A stretch of 64,000 nucleotides of DNA from Glaucostegus cemiculus (Eukaryota), in the NCBI GenBank assembly GCA_976551045.1, contig CDPCPM010000151.1, forward strand, positions 4,278,001-4,342,000. Direction: 5' to 3'. Position 1 is the stretch's first letter. Every line of letters begins with the position of its first letter. Made by a program: the position numbers and the translations under genes. The notes below the pieces were generated by a model, which searched no databases, had not been told where the DNA came from, and was given only the letters and a program-made list of their open reading frames with translations. Of this stretch, positions 37,613 to 49,229 are shown piece by piece.

Positions 37613-37741
37613 AAATCAAAAGACTGCAGAAGCTGGAAGACTGAAATAAAACCAGAAAATGCTGGAAGCACTCAGCAGGCCAAGCAACACCTGTGGAAGG
37701 AGACGCAGGCTGGTTTGCTTTCTGCTTCCAGCTTTTATTTC
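37613..37741. mobile_element. Short Penelope-derived hairpin element
   Basis: gactgcagaagctggaagactgaaataaaa...gcttccagcttttatttcag. agggttt(t)tcctga is duplicated at 37599-37612 and 37742-37754. Confidence 0.7.
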
Positions 37742-37769
37742 AGGGTTTTCCTGATGCTTGCAAAGTAAC

Positions 37770-38120
37770 TACCCTGCATGGCGTTGTGTAGTGAGGATCA
37801 GAGCAGGTCATTTTCAATTCCTGGTCTCTGCTGAGGAAGCTGATCTCAGCCAAGGTGAGATAACAACTGTAAACATTCTCCTGCTGTAAGAAGTGGGTGC
37901 TAGTGTTGGAATGAGCCAGAATTCCTGCTCCTGATTATTATTCAAGACCTTGACTAGAAATTCTAGAAGTTAGATTAGATCAATAAACAGCTACTGTGTT
38001 TCCCTGAAGTCAAATAACCCATGGATACTCACAGACAAAACTTCCAAATTAAGACTAGCCAATTGAACAAGATGTTAGAGGAATGGTGGCATCAGAAGAA
38101 CAATATCCAACAAAAGCTAT
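37770..38120 (+). mobile_element. Ancient tRNA-derived SINE (AmnSINE2/MER131-like); further fragments at 37380-37480 (+) and 47490-47627 (-)
   Basis: tcaattcctggtctctgctgaggaagctgatctcagcc and cagaattcctgctcctgatt; aatggccacttggatgaggt at 37385. Confidence 0.55.
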
Positions 38121-39315
38121 GGGAATTAGGGAAGGAAGGGAAAAAATGAAATGTTGAATCAAGTGTTGTCAGGGTTCTTGTTCCGGGAATTGAAAGGATG
38201 TGTTTTCAGAGACTTTTTACAGTTAGCTTTAAATTTTACAATGTTATGCATTTCTCAATCAAAATGGTTATATTTTTCTGATGAATTTCTTCTACTTTAA
38301 ACCAATACTTGCAATCAGATGTATGTTTGCAAGTGTCTTTTTAACTAAAATACAGACTCCGCCTAACCATGTATTGGGCTTGAAGGGAAGTGACTGGGTC
38401 AATGAAGTCACTGCTTGGTTTACGTTTGGATTGTCAGCAACCACCACTGTGAAAGAAATACAAGACCAGCTCTGCATAACAAGTGGGGATAAAATACATG
38501 AGAGCATATGTAGTTCAACTATCCTCCAAAAAATATTTTCAAACATATTGTAAAATAAACCTTTAATAAAAACATCCCTTATCTCATCCCAATGGCACCT
38601 TCCCATTCATTCCAACTGAAGAATTTCAAAGGATTGAACTTTCTTTTATTCAGTCCCATTCACTTCAACTTTATGCTTGAACCCAGCAGTGCATTATTTA
38701 GCTTATAAAAGAGAAATTCACAATTTTTTAACATGTGCTTTATTTAATGATGTTCCTCCATGCCAACGCTTATATATAAACAGGGCATTAATTTGTTTGG
38801 TAACTCTAATATATTTTGTGTCAAACCTCAGTCTGTGTAAACTTATGGGCGTATCTTGTTGCTAATAATTAGAAACTGATGAGCACATCCTACATTTAAA
38901 TATCCTGTTAACATTTGCAACTAAATTATAAGTAAGGCCAGTGCGTTGAGATTCTGGAAGGCACCTGGTCCGCATGAAATGCATCCTACAAAGAATCAAA
39001 GTTTTCAAAAATTCAAAGTCTAACTGATTGAAATTTATTTTTTCCCAATATTGTTATTTGCATAATTTTTCTTTATCACTTGCTATACTTGTATGCAATT
39101 TGCTTCAGCTGGAGTATAAAAGTTACTAGGAGGTGAATTGTATGGAGAGGAACAGAAGAAGATTAATCCACAGGAGCTGAGTGGTTAGGGGATCACAGAA
39201 GCAATCAGTGGGACTCATGGAGGAGATGCACGTGGACAGGTGGGAAAAAGACTGCAGAGTGAGGGGGAGGATGGCGAGAAGCTCAGAGTTGATGTCACTG
39301 GTTAACTAGGGCAGG

Positions 39316-39635
39316 AGAATCATAGAATAGTACAGTGCAGAAATGGGCCCTTTCAGCCCACTTCGTCCATGCTAAACTGGATGCCTATCTACACTAATCA
39401 CGTTTGCCTGCATTTGGCCCATATCCTACCATTTCTTTTCATTCTAAGTACCTGTCCAAATGCTTTTTTAAATGTTGTAATTATATCTGCCTCTATCACC
39501 TCTTCTGGCAGCTAGTTCCATATAACCACCACCCTCTATGTAAAGAACTTACCCCTCAGCTCTCGCTTAAACCTGCGCCCTCTAGTTCTAGACTCCCCGG
39601 CCCTGGGGAAAAGGACTCTCTCTATCCTACCTATT
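39316..39635 (-). mobile_element. CR1 3' end
   Basis: gaatcatagaatagtacagtgcagaaatgggccctttcagccc...aagtacctgtccaaatg...ctagttctagactccc. Confidence 0.85.
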
Positions 39636-39972
39636 TCCCTTGTAAGAAGAAAAGGTGGAGGAGAGTCACCTTGGAATCAACTTGGAAGCCCAGAACTCAT
39701 CCCATCACAGATACTTCCTGGATCCTACATACCCCTTTCCTACCCTCGCTCGAACCCTCGCCATCTGGAAGAAGGCTCCAGTGCATCCGAGCAAGGACTA
39801 CCAGACTATGCAATAGCTTCTTCCCCCAAGCTATCAGAACTGTGAACTCCCTCATCCCTCCATCCCTCCCACCAACACCAAAGGACGCTAGGCGTACAGA
39901 AATGCACCAGCACTTTAAATGCCCGTTGCCAGTACACTCACTTTAAGATTGTTTATTTAAGTCGCTATTTAA

Positions 39973-41535
39973 CATAGAACATAGAACAATACAGCACAGA
40001 ACAGGCCCTTCGGCCCATCAAGCTGTGCCATCCTACAAACATCTCCCAAACTAACTCTTTCCACCCTCATATCCTACTATTCCACATTCTTCCATGTGCT
40101 CATCTAACAATCTCTTAAACCTGTCCAACGTATCTGCCTCCACTACCACCCCCGGCAGTGCATTCCATGCACCAACCACTCTCTGGGTGAAAAACTTCCC
40201 TCTGACATCTCCCCTATACTTTCCACCAATTATCTTAAAGGCATGCCCTCTTGTCTTGAGCATCTGCGCTCTGGGAAAGAGGCGCTGACTATTAACTCTA
40301 TCTATTCCTCTCAATATCTTAAACACCTCTATCAAGTCCCCTCTCATCCTCCTCCTCTCTAATGAGTAGAGCCCTAGCACCTTAAGCCTCTCTTTATATT
40401 CCATACCCTCCAATCCAGGCATCATCCTGGTAAATCGCCTCTGTACCCTCTCCAACGCCTCCACATCCTTCCTATAATGCGGCGACCAGAACTGAACACA
40501 ATATTCCAAGTGCGGCCTAACTAGAGTTTTGTAAAGCAGCATCATCACCTCTCTGCTCTTGAACTCAATCCCTTTATTTATAAAAGCCAACATCCCATAA
40601 GCCTTCTTAACAGCCCTATCCACCTGCGAGGCAACTTTGAGTGAACTGTGGATATGAACCCCCAGATCCCTCTGCTCCTCTACACTGCCAAGAACCTTGC
40701 CATTTACCTTATACTCTGTCTTGGAGTTTGTCCTCCCAAAGTGCACCACCTCACACTTCTCCGGATTAAACTCCATCTGCCACCTGTCAGCCCAGTTCTG
40801 CATCCTATCAATATCCCCCTGTAAGCTCCTACAGTCCTCCACACTATCTACCACACCACCGATCTTGGTGTCATCTGCAAACTTACCAACCCATCCCTCC
40901 ACTCCTTCATCCAAATCATCTATGAATATAACAAAGAGTAGAGGCCCCAGAACTGATCCCTGCAGGACTCCACTAGTCACAGCCCTCCAATCCGAGGGCA
41001 CTCCCTCCACCATAACCCTCTGCCTTCTACAGGAAAGCCAATTTCTTATCCACACAGCCAACCTCCCCTGGATACCTCGACCTCTGACCTTCTGAAGAAG
41101 CCTGCCATGAGGAACCTTATCGAACGCCTTACTAAAATCCATATACACTACATCCACCGCCCTGCCCTCATCAAGCTTCCTCGTCACCTCCTCAAAGAAC
41201 TCTATCAGGCTCGTGAGGCAAGATCTTCCCTTCACAAAGCCATGCTGACTGTCCCTAATCAGTCCATGACTCTCCATGTGCTCATAGATCCTGTCCCTCA
41301 AAATCCTTTCCAACAGCTTACCTACCACAGACGTGAGACTCACCGGTCTGTAGTTTCCCGGACTATCTCTACTGCCCTTCTTAAACAAGGGAACAACATC
41401 CGCTACCCGCCAATCCTCCGGCACCATCCCCGCGGACAACGAGGACTCAAAGATCCTCACCAGCGGATCAACAATCTCCTCCCTCGCCTCCCGAAGCAGC
41501 CTGGGGAATATTCCATCAGGCCCCGGAGACTTATT
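39973..41535 (-). mobile_element. Very young 5'-truncated CR1 LINE with 7-bp TSD (tatttaa)
   Basis: tatttaa at 39966-39972 and 41532-41538; (TTCTATG)n tail; uninterrupted ORF; many CpGs retained. Confidence 0.97.
40051..41535 (-). CDS. CR1 ORF2 remnant: reverse transcriptase domain plus C-terminus; endonuclease missing
   Basis: The frame is open from KSPGPDGIFPRLL through NYRPVSLTS, SQHGF, VYMDFSKAFDKV, QGSVLGP, FADD and RPHLEYC to the stop (469-aa ORF plus 25 upstream codons). No native start, so expression is not implied. Confidence 0.9.
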   Translation of the reverse strand, partial: NKSPGPDGIFPRLLREAREEIVDPLVRIFESSLSAGMVPEDWRVADVVPLFKKGSRDSPGNYRPVSLTSVVGKLLERILRDRIYEHMESHGLIRDSQHGFVKGRSCLTSLIEFFEEVTRKLDEGRAVDVVYMDFSKAFDKVPHGRLLQKVRGRGIQGRLAVWIRNWLSCRRQRVMVEGVPSDWRAVTSGVLQGSVLGPLLFVIFIDDLDEGVEGWVGKFADDTKIGGVVDSVEDCRSLQGDIDRMQNWADRWQMEFNPEKCEVVHFGRTNSKTEYKVNGKVLGSVEEQRDLGVHIHSSLKVASQVDRAVKKAYGMLAFINKGIEFKSREVMMLLYKTLVRPHLEYCVQFWSPHYRKDVEALERVQRRFTRMMPGLEGMEYKERLKVLGLYSLERRRMRGDLIEVFKILRGIDRVNSQRLFPRAQMLKTRGHAFKIIGGKYRGDVRGKFFTQRVVGAWNALPGVVVEADTLDRFKRLLDEHMEECGIVGYEGGKS

Positions 41536-41799
41536 TAATTTTGTGGTTCCAATGTTTTTAGTGTCTTTCTGTCTTTGTGTCTCTCATTGTTTCTTTTTTT
41601 TAATGTGACGAGCACCTTGACCTGTGGAGTACGGTATTTCGCTCCTATGCATATTGAATGTGTATATAGTAGTGACAATAAAACTAATTCTGATTCTGAT
41701 TCTGAACTTAAAACCACAGTAAAATTGCAATAAACCGGCATCCTTGGAACCTGGGTCTCTGGAGCTGTGAGGCAGCACCACTACTATTCAGAAGATTAG

Positions 41800-42110
41800 C
41801 AACTGTTATACTATAACCTGTTTTTTCCAGGTTATAGGACATTGTCAGCCTAAAGGATGTCCAATAGTATTGGTGTGAGAGTTGAGGAGGATACAGAAGA
41901 GACTGGAAATAGACGAGTTCTGGGTAGAGATTGCAGAACTGGAGGGAGTTGCAGAATTAGGGAGAAGCAAGTTGTGCTCTGATTTAAATATTAGTACAAG
42001 TTTCAATTTAAGATGTTGGATACTTATGAGCTAATGTAAGGCACTAAAGACAGGGACGATAAGCAAACAAGACTTGATGTGAAATTGAAAATGTGAGCAG
42101 AGATTTGGAT
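41800..42110 (-). mobile_element. Probable L2 3' fragment, highly decayed
   Basis: ggagttgcagaattagggag...gatttaaata..agtacaagtttcaatttaagatgttgg resembles the antisense L2 pieces at 1500-1700 and 58500-58620. Confidence 0.4.
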
Positions 42111-42349
42111 GACGTACACACAACTAGGTGATGTATTGACTGACACACCTACCCATCACTTCACAGCTACACTACTCTTCATGTCTGCTAATGGAAAGCA
42201 GGTCAATTGGATCAAATCATTGGACAATCCATGTAATTTAATGATTCAAATTATTGGTCCCTCTCTAATTGTTTATCCTCAGCCTCTAACTTTCCAAAAG
42301 CTGAATTGCTAGTCAGACGTCCTAAAGATCCCATAATATTTCTTTTTAT

Positions 42350-43380
42350 TTCTTAGGCAATGCCTTGGGATCAAGGATGACTTACTTTTACTCCCATTTT
42401 GAGGATTCTGCAATGGCAAATGAGGCCCTGTGGGAATCACTGACTCTTCCCCACATGAAGTCTAGCAGGTGGGGTAATTTGTGAGGCACAAGACTTCTTT
42501 TACTGCTAACACAGGGTCTCATGTTCAATATTCTATCTGGGATGCTCCTTCTCTACTTTCAACAGTCTTGAGATAGCAATTCCCAAGTGTCAGTGGGAAT
42601 GTTAAATTTTTTCAAGGAGACTTTGAGCATATCCTTGAATCTTTTCCTCTGTCCACTTGGGAGTCTCTTCCCATGATAGAGCTCAGAATAGAGTATCTGT
42701 TTCAGCAGTCTGGTGCTGGGAATGTGAACGGTGTAGCCTGCCCAACAGAGCCAGATGAGAGCAACTCAGGCCTCAGTGCTGGGAATGTTAGCCTGTGAAA
42801 GGACATTGATGTTGGTTTGCTTATCTTTCCAGTGAATTTGCAGTATTTTGCAGAGACGTGTTGGTGGTATCTTTCCAATGCTTGGAGGTGCCCGCTGTAG
42901 GTAGTCCAGACCTCAGTAGCATAAGGAGGACAGGGATCACCACTGCCTGAAAGAAAAGTCTGAGGTCTTGACCTTCAAGCACCCTTTTCCATAATTGACC
43001 AAAAGCTGTGCTGGTACATTGAAGGCAGTGGAGAATTTCATTATTAATCTCAGCTTTATAAGGAGATGAGCTCCCGGGATAGGGTTAGTGGTCCACGTTT
43101 TCCAGAGTCTCGCCATGAATCTTCATTGTCGGAGGGAAGCATGGTGCAGCAGGAACAGGCTGGTAGGGGACCTTTGTCTTGCAGATGTGAGTAGAAGGCC
43201 CACCTGCTCACGTACTTTAGTGAACAAGTCAAAGGTGGCTCGAAGTTTGGCCTCCAAGTGTGCACAAATGCAAGCTCAACTACTGAAGTCGGGGTTGCAT
43301 TGGTTCTGGAGTGTAGTTTCCTGAGTTGGACAGCTTCCCATTAGTTCTTCCACCCACTGTTGGCTGCTCTGCCTTTAGCT
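42350..43380 (-). mobile_element. RTE LINE 3' portion
   Basis: Terminus tcttaggcaatgccttgggatcaaggatgactt; antisense QILYSEL, LRLLSSGSVG, ENVDH and AHLEAKL motifs. Confidence 0.85.
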
Positions 43381-43986
43381 GCCTTTCGCCAATCTCCTGG
43401 ATTTCTATCCCTCAAATATTCTGCCTCTCCTTCCTTTTCCCTTTCTATTCACTTGAGATGCTCTTTTTAAAAAACTACTTTTATTACTACTTATAACTAC
43501 CTTTATTTCATCCCCCTAATATCTGCTTTATTTCGATGTTTGTTTTATTATCTGCTTATTTTTCAATCAAGTTGTTTGGGAAGGTTTCCTACTTTTATCC
43601 TGTGATATAAATGCAAGATATGATTACAGTACAATCTTTCAAACCAGCCAAATGTCGTTGAACTGTCAGTACACCATAAATGTAAAATTCAAACATGATT
43701 CACACTAACCACTCTGTCCCCAAAGCTTCCTGCAGTGGTTCTCCGAGACTGTTGCACAAGACCTGTCTTTCATTCTGATTTTCCTTACCTCCCCCTGGAG
43801 CATTAGGCCTCCAAAGACAGAAAATAAACCCGTGTCCTCTTACACTTTGTAAAATAAACTATTTGTTAATTTTATATTTGTGATTAGGTAGGATTGTCCC
43901 CACTGAGGAAAAGAATACTTGAATAAGGAAGTCAGTCCAGTTTAATTTATTTGCCAGATATAAGTTTTGTGTGAAGTGCTCACATA

Positions 43987-44338
43987 TACCGGCCATCACT
44001 AGGTAACAAATGAGTTCTTTTTTACAGACATCCATAAGTTGATTTTGTCCGTAGGGTTGGAAAATACACAAAAATCACTCAATATGATAATCACACCTCC
44101 ACAGTATTGTAACGAATGGCATTAAAAGCACAAAAGACAGATAAGGAAGAACAGTTAATAAAAGTTGAGAGAGAGAGGGAGAGAGCGAGAGAGAGAGAGA
44201 GAGGAAACTAGTTCTCTGTTTATAGGAACAAATGTATGCAAGTACGTTGGACTTTTGAACTTAATAAGATTATGGGAGCTTGTCTGCATGTAGGGGGTGT
44301 CCATAAGTCAGGCATTCATAACCCGGCTACAGCCCGTA
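43987..44338 (-). mobile_element. Tigger/pogo-like MITE (second copy) with internal (GA)n
   Basis: The reverse complement begins tacgggctgtagccgggttatgaatgcctgacttatgga and aligns by eye along its length to 22796-23134. Confidence 0.72.
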
Positions 44339-44497
44339 AAACATCTAATTTGTACCCTTAATGGGTATGAGTAACACTATTGATGGATTTGCCAGTCGGT
44401 ATTAAATTCTAGACGCTTTTGCACACTATGGATTCATAGTCATTGAATAACTGAAGGAGAAGAAAATATTATTTTATCATTATGTTGGAGACAGTCC

Positions 44498-45000
44498 TCC
44501 CACACTAAACAATTAAGGACCAGCTTCTTCCCCTCTGTCATCAGATTTCTGAATGGCTCATGAACCCATGAACACCACATTGTTATTCCTTTTTATTGCA
44601 CTATTTATTTATTTTGCAATTTATAGTAATTTTATGTCTTTGCATTGTATTGCTGCTGCGAAACAACAAATTTCACAACATATAAATATGATATCTTTAT
44701 TAGTCACACATACATCAAAACACACAGTGAAATGCATCTTTGTGTAGAGTGTTCTGGGGGCAGCCTGCAAGTGTCGCTACGCTTCTGGTGCCAACATAGC
44801 ATGCCCGCGACTTACTAACCTGTACATCTTTGGAATGTGGGAGGAAAACTGGAGCACCCGGAGGAAACCCATGCAGACACGGGAAGAACGTACAAACTCC
44901 TTACAGACAGCGGCTGGAATTGAACCTGAGTTGCTAGTACCGTAATAACTTTATGCTAAATGCTACACTACCATGCCTACTGAATAAACCTGATTCTGAT
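44498..45000 (+). mobile_element. Rex1/Babar 3' end split by a V-SINE (resumes at 44983-45000)
   Basis: cagcttcttcccctctgtcatcagatttctgaatgg...aaacaacaaatttcac, later aataaacctgattctga. Confidence 0.8.
44690..44978 (-). mobile_element. V-SINE with alternative (Rex-like) tail
   Basis: Same head and V-domain as 9875, but the tail is gcatgctatgttggcaccagaagcgtagcgacacttgc...gcatttcactgtgtgttttgatgtatgtgtgactaataaaga. Confidence 0.88.
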
Positions 45001-45014
45001 ATCATAGAAGATGA

Positions 45015-45311
45015 TGTATTTATTTTATTAGTCATAGGTACATCGAAACACACAGTGAAATATGTTTTTTTCTATAGTGTGTTCTGGGAGCAGCCCACAA
45101 TTGTCGCCACTCTTCCGGTGCCAACATAGCATGCCCACAACTTCCTAACTTGTACATCTTTGGATTGTGGGAGGAAACCGGAGCACCCAGAGGAAACACA
45201 CGCAGACATGGGGAGAATGTACAAACGCCTTACAGACAGCGATGGGAATTGAACCCAGGTTGCTGGCGCTGTAATAGCATTATGCTAACTGCTATGCTAA
45301 CATGCTGCCCC
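45015..45311 (-). mobile_element. V-SINE with alternative (Rex-like) tail, second copy
   Basis: Aligns by eye along its length with 44690-44978. Confidence 0.88.
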
Positions 45312-45561
45312 CATATACTAATCTCTTTTTAATCCTTGATTTCAGTGCAAGTTATACTGACCTAGAAATATTACCACACAGCATAATGCTCATATAGACA
45401 ACATAATAAACTGTTATTGGAACTTGTACGTCAATCATGTCATCCAGGATTTTACTCCCAGCTGCCCCATGCTATGATAGGTTAATGTACAGAGATGCTT
45501 GGCCATGCCCAGTAATATGCAGTACACATCAGACATAACTCCCACAAAATTTACTCAAACA

Positions 45562-46345
45562 TCTTAGGCAGCCCCTCAGCATCAAGGATGACTTGCTTCC
45601 ACTCTGGTTTTGTGGATCTTCAGGGGCCTGATAGGGTCAATGAGGGAACCACGGCTCCTCCTTGGAAAGGAGCAGGTAGTGGTCAGAGTTAGTTTTTGAG
45701 GCAGTCTACTCCTTCCGCTACTTATGTAGGGGCCTCTGTGTACGCCCAATGCACAGACTCAAGGCTCTCAATACCAACCCAAGTGCTTCTTCTCCACTTT
45801 GGCAGTCAAATGTTCCCAGGACCTAGAGTGGATGTTGCATTTCTTCAAGGAGTCTCTGAGCACATCCTTTTCCCTCTGTCCACCTGGTAATCCCTTCCCA
45901 TGACAGAGCTTGGAATAAACTGCTTCAGACGTCTGGTGTCAGGCAGGTGAACGATGTGACCTGCCCAACAGAGCTGACTGAGTGTAACTGGGGCCTCAGT
46001 GCTGAGGATGTTGGCCTGAAGAGGGACAGTGACATTGGTTCACTTATCCTTCTAGTGAATTTGGAGGACCTTGCGGGGACAGAGTTGTTCCAGGACCTTG
46101 AGGCGCCTTCTGTAGGTAGTCCAAGTCTCAGACACATATCCAAGAACAGGGATCATTGTTGCCCAGCAGGCCATGAGTCTTGTGCCAGGTCCGAGGTCTC
46201 AATCTCCAAATAATCTTTTCCCCAACAGACCAAAGGCTGTGCTGGTGCCATAAAAGCAATGGTGAATGTCAGCATTGAAGTCTGCCTTCACCAAGGGGTG
46301 GCTCTGGAGATATGGGAGGTGGGCCACGTTTTCCAGGATGTTGGT
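45562..46345 (-). mobile_element. RTE LINE 3' portion
   Basis: Terminus tcttaggcagcccctcagcatcaaggatgacttgcttccac; antisense ETWTTYRRRLKVLE and LENVAHLPYL. Confidence 0.85.
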
Positions 46346-46606
46346 GTTGATGTGATGCAGAACCATGCCTTCAGTTCATATCTAAGGCTGCTTCAGCAAA
46401 ACGCAAATGGGACTTTTCTGAACAAGTCTTAGATTGTTGACATGGTCACCGGGAACTGACTCCTGATAGTTGCCCACGACTCAGATCCACAACCCAGCAA
46501 TTTTCCTTTACTTGCTCTTCCATTCCAGACTAAGAGGAGGGACTTTAAGGTAGTGTGCCCAAGTCTTGTTAAGCATTTGGTGCACAGCTGACTAACATAT
46601 CTGAGT

Positions 46607-46950
46607 GGCACATTGGCACAGCAGTAAGTGCTCTTCCCTCACAGCTCCGAGGATCTGGCTTGGATTGTGACCTCAGGTGCTGTCTGTGTGGAGTTTGCAC
46701 GCTCTCCCTGTGTCCACGTGGGTTTCTTCCCACATCCCAAACACCAGCAGGTGGGTTAAATGGCCACTGTAAATTATCTTCTAGTGCAGGTGAGTGGCAG
46801 AAGAATTGAAAGGAGAATTGTTGGACATGTGTGAGAGACAATGAGCTGCAGGCATACAGGGAAATAAAGACTGGGATAGAGATTGATGGGATTATTCTGC
46901 CAGGAGTTGGCATGAATATGATGGACTAAATGGCCTTCTGTGTTGTAATT
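46607..46950 (+). mobile_element. HE1-like V-SINE, full length
   Basis: Head tggcacagcagtaagtgct..cctcacagctcc, V-domain gtgtggagtttgcacgctctccc, tail ggactaaatggccttctgtgttgtaa. Confidence 0.8.
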
Positions 46951-48264
46951 AGTAAGTAAGAAGTAAATAAGAGTGCACTGGGCTTCAGGCACAGTCAAGT
47001 TTGTCAATGGCAAACCCTAACGCAAGACCTATTTGTCCACACACCGGATGATTAGCCTACCTTGACTACAGTTATACTTAAATCTGGATGATCACCCTAA
47101 AATAAGTGGGAAAAATCGTGACGGGGTTCCCACTAATCACTGTGTTCCTTAAGCCTTTGCTCTGGTTTTCTTAACAAAGCAAAATCTCTTAGAAGTCTTA
47201 GTCGAGAAAAGACTCAACCGTCAAGAAAGCATTTGCAGCCACACACAGTAAGAAGGGAGAACTGATTACAGAGCTCAGCCCCAAATACAACCAAATCTTA
47301 GTGTAAATCAGTGTTATGTGATAATCACTGGGGATCAGCTAACCTAAACAGTGATAATGGGCAAAATGAAACATGTTGAGGTTTGTGGGAATGTTTGCAA
47401 GGAACAGTGGTTGTTCTACAGCAGCAGAGACATCGTGTTACTGGTTTATGATGAGCCACAGGAACTCTGCTGATGTTTTTCACTGCCAAATGTAAGAACA
47501 CCAAGGCTAACTGTAGCACCCTTACTCCAACTCAGCTTCAGCTCAGCGCAATTGAGACTTCAAACCTGAGGACATGCCAGTCGATGAGTCTCAGTGTTTA
47601 ATGTATTGATCCATTGTCTCCAGGGGACCTTGCTACCTCACTACAAATTTTTAATGATTGTGACTGAATGCATGAAAAATACTAATTTTTAGACTCAAGA
47701 ACAAAGCTGACATTTCTGAATATACATTGCACTGCAAATCTGAATGCTTACTAAAATTTGCTCAGTCAAGTAAATCATATGTCACTTCTTTGCTACCATT
47801 ACTCATTTTACTTATTATTACAGAGAAAAGTTATAATCTTCTGAGAAAATGTAAATGTCCTGAAAACTACAGACAAGAAGCAGGATTATACAGCACACGT
47901 TATTGAGTCTACACTGTTTGATTTTAGCTCTACCAAGACTAGATCACACTGGAGAGCATTTCCAGGTGAAATTGCATCAGATGCAAAATTTGACTGGGCA
48001 GTCCTGTTCACCATTGATCTTTCAATGATCTAACAATTGATCTTTCTCTCGCATCAGGCACACACCAAATGACATCATTTTTTACTTGGCATCTGTACTG
48101 ATGTGAAGCTCCATGCAATGACTATCACAGGAAAATTTTGTTTGAACCAGGAGCACGTTGTTAATTCCCCCACACTTCATGGGGCATTCTGTTGGTACTG
48201 GAAGATCTGAACGGATACCCACAGAATTGACTGCAGACTGCTCTAACACCTACCAAAATTCAGA

Positions 48265-48705
48265 ATAGAGTCATTGAGTTACACAGCATAGAAACAGGCC
48301 CTTTGGCCCAACCGATTCATGCTGACCAAGATGTCTGTCCGAGCTAGTCCCATTTGTCTATGTTTGGCTCATAATCCTCTAGACCTTTTCTATCTGTGTA
48401 CCTGTCCAAATGTCTTTTAAACATTGTAATTGTTTACCACCTCTACAGCTTCCTGTGGCAGCTTATTTCATATATCCCCCGCCCTCTCTATGAAAAAGTT
48501 GCCCCTCAGGTCCCTTTTAAATCTTTCCCCTCTCACCTTAAATCTATGTCCTCTAGTTTTAGACTCCCCTACTCCCCTACCCTGGGAAAAAGACTCATCC
48601 ACCTCATCTACACCCCTCATAATTTTATATACCTCTTTAAGGTTACCCTTCACCCTCCTATGCACCAGGGAAAAAAGTCTCAGCCTATCCAGCCTCTCCT
48701 TATAG
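48265..48705 (-). mobile_element. CR1 3' end
   Basis: ORF 48468..48665 reads KGNLKEVYKIMRG...TRGHRFKVRGERFK. Confidence 0.9.
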
Positions 48706-48707
48706 GT

Positions 48708-49142
48708 TCACAAGGTTGATTCCAGGGATGAAGGGGTTGACATATAAAGAAAAGTTAGGCATGCTGGGCCAATACTCATTGGAGTATAGAAGAATAAGAG
48801 GAGATCTTATTGAAACATATAATGGTCAGAGGACGTTTCTTCTAGTGGGAGTAGCTAGAACAAGGGAGTACAGTTTCAATATAAGACTGCTATTTTGGAT
48901 GGCAATATGGAGGAATTTCTTCTCCCGTACTCTTTGGAATTCTCTTCCCAAGAAAGCTATGGAGGTGGAAGTGGGGGTAGTGAATATATTCAAGACAGAG
49001 ACTGACAGACATTTAGTATACAATGGAGTTATGGAGTAAGGGGAGAGTGTGGGGTAATGGTATGGAGATTAAGATATTATTGAATGGTGTTGTAGACTTG
49101 AGAGACCAACTGACCTACCCCTGCTCCTGTTTCTTATGTTTT
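48708..49142 (+). mobile_element. CR1 3' end, different subfamily
   Basis: ORF 48716..49039 reads IPGMKGLTYKEKL..LG.YSLE.RR.RGDLIETY; tail ctgctcctgtttcttatg. Confidence 0.85.
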
Positions 49143-49229
49143 CAGTTCTTAGTTGCTGAGATACTCATTCCATAGATGCCTTAGCACCACACTGGAGACA
49201 TTGTTATGACCATGACTGGCGACTCTTGG

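Larger units (their letters stand above)
39750..41705 (+). mobile_element. Rex1/Babar 3' end (39750-39972 and 41532-41705), host of the young CR1
   Basis: PSGRRLQCIRARTTRLCNSFFPQAIR. Removing the CR1 restores the sequence seen uninterrupted at 1108-1423. Confidence 0.9.

Noticed and set aside
39404-39946. 180-aa ORF
   Set aside because: Chance fusion of an antisense CR1 tail and a Rex C-terminal fragment.
40094-41538. Plus-strand ORFs of 64-143 aa
   Set aside because: Antisense shadows of the CR1 ORF2.
48265-49142. Back-to-back antisense/sense CR1 pieces resembling a twin-priming inversion
   Set aside because: Both pieces overlap on the consensus and each has its own, different 3' tail, so they are two independent insertions.
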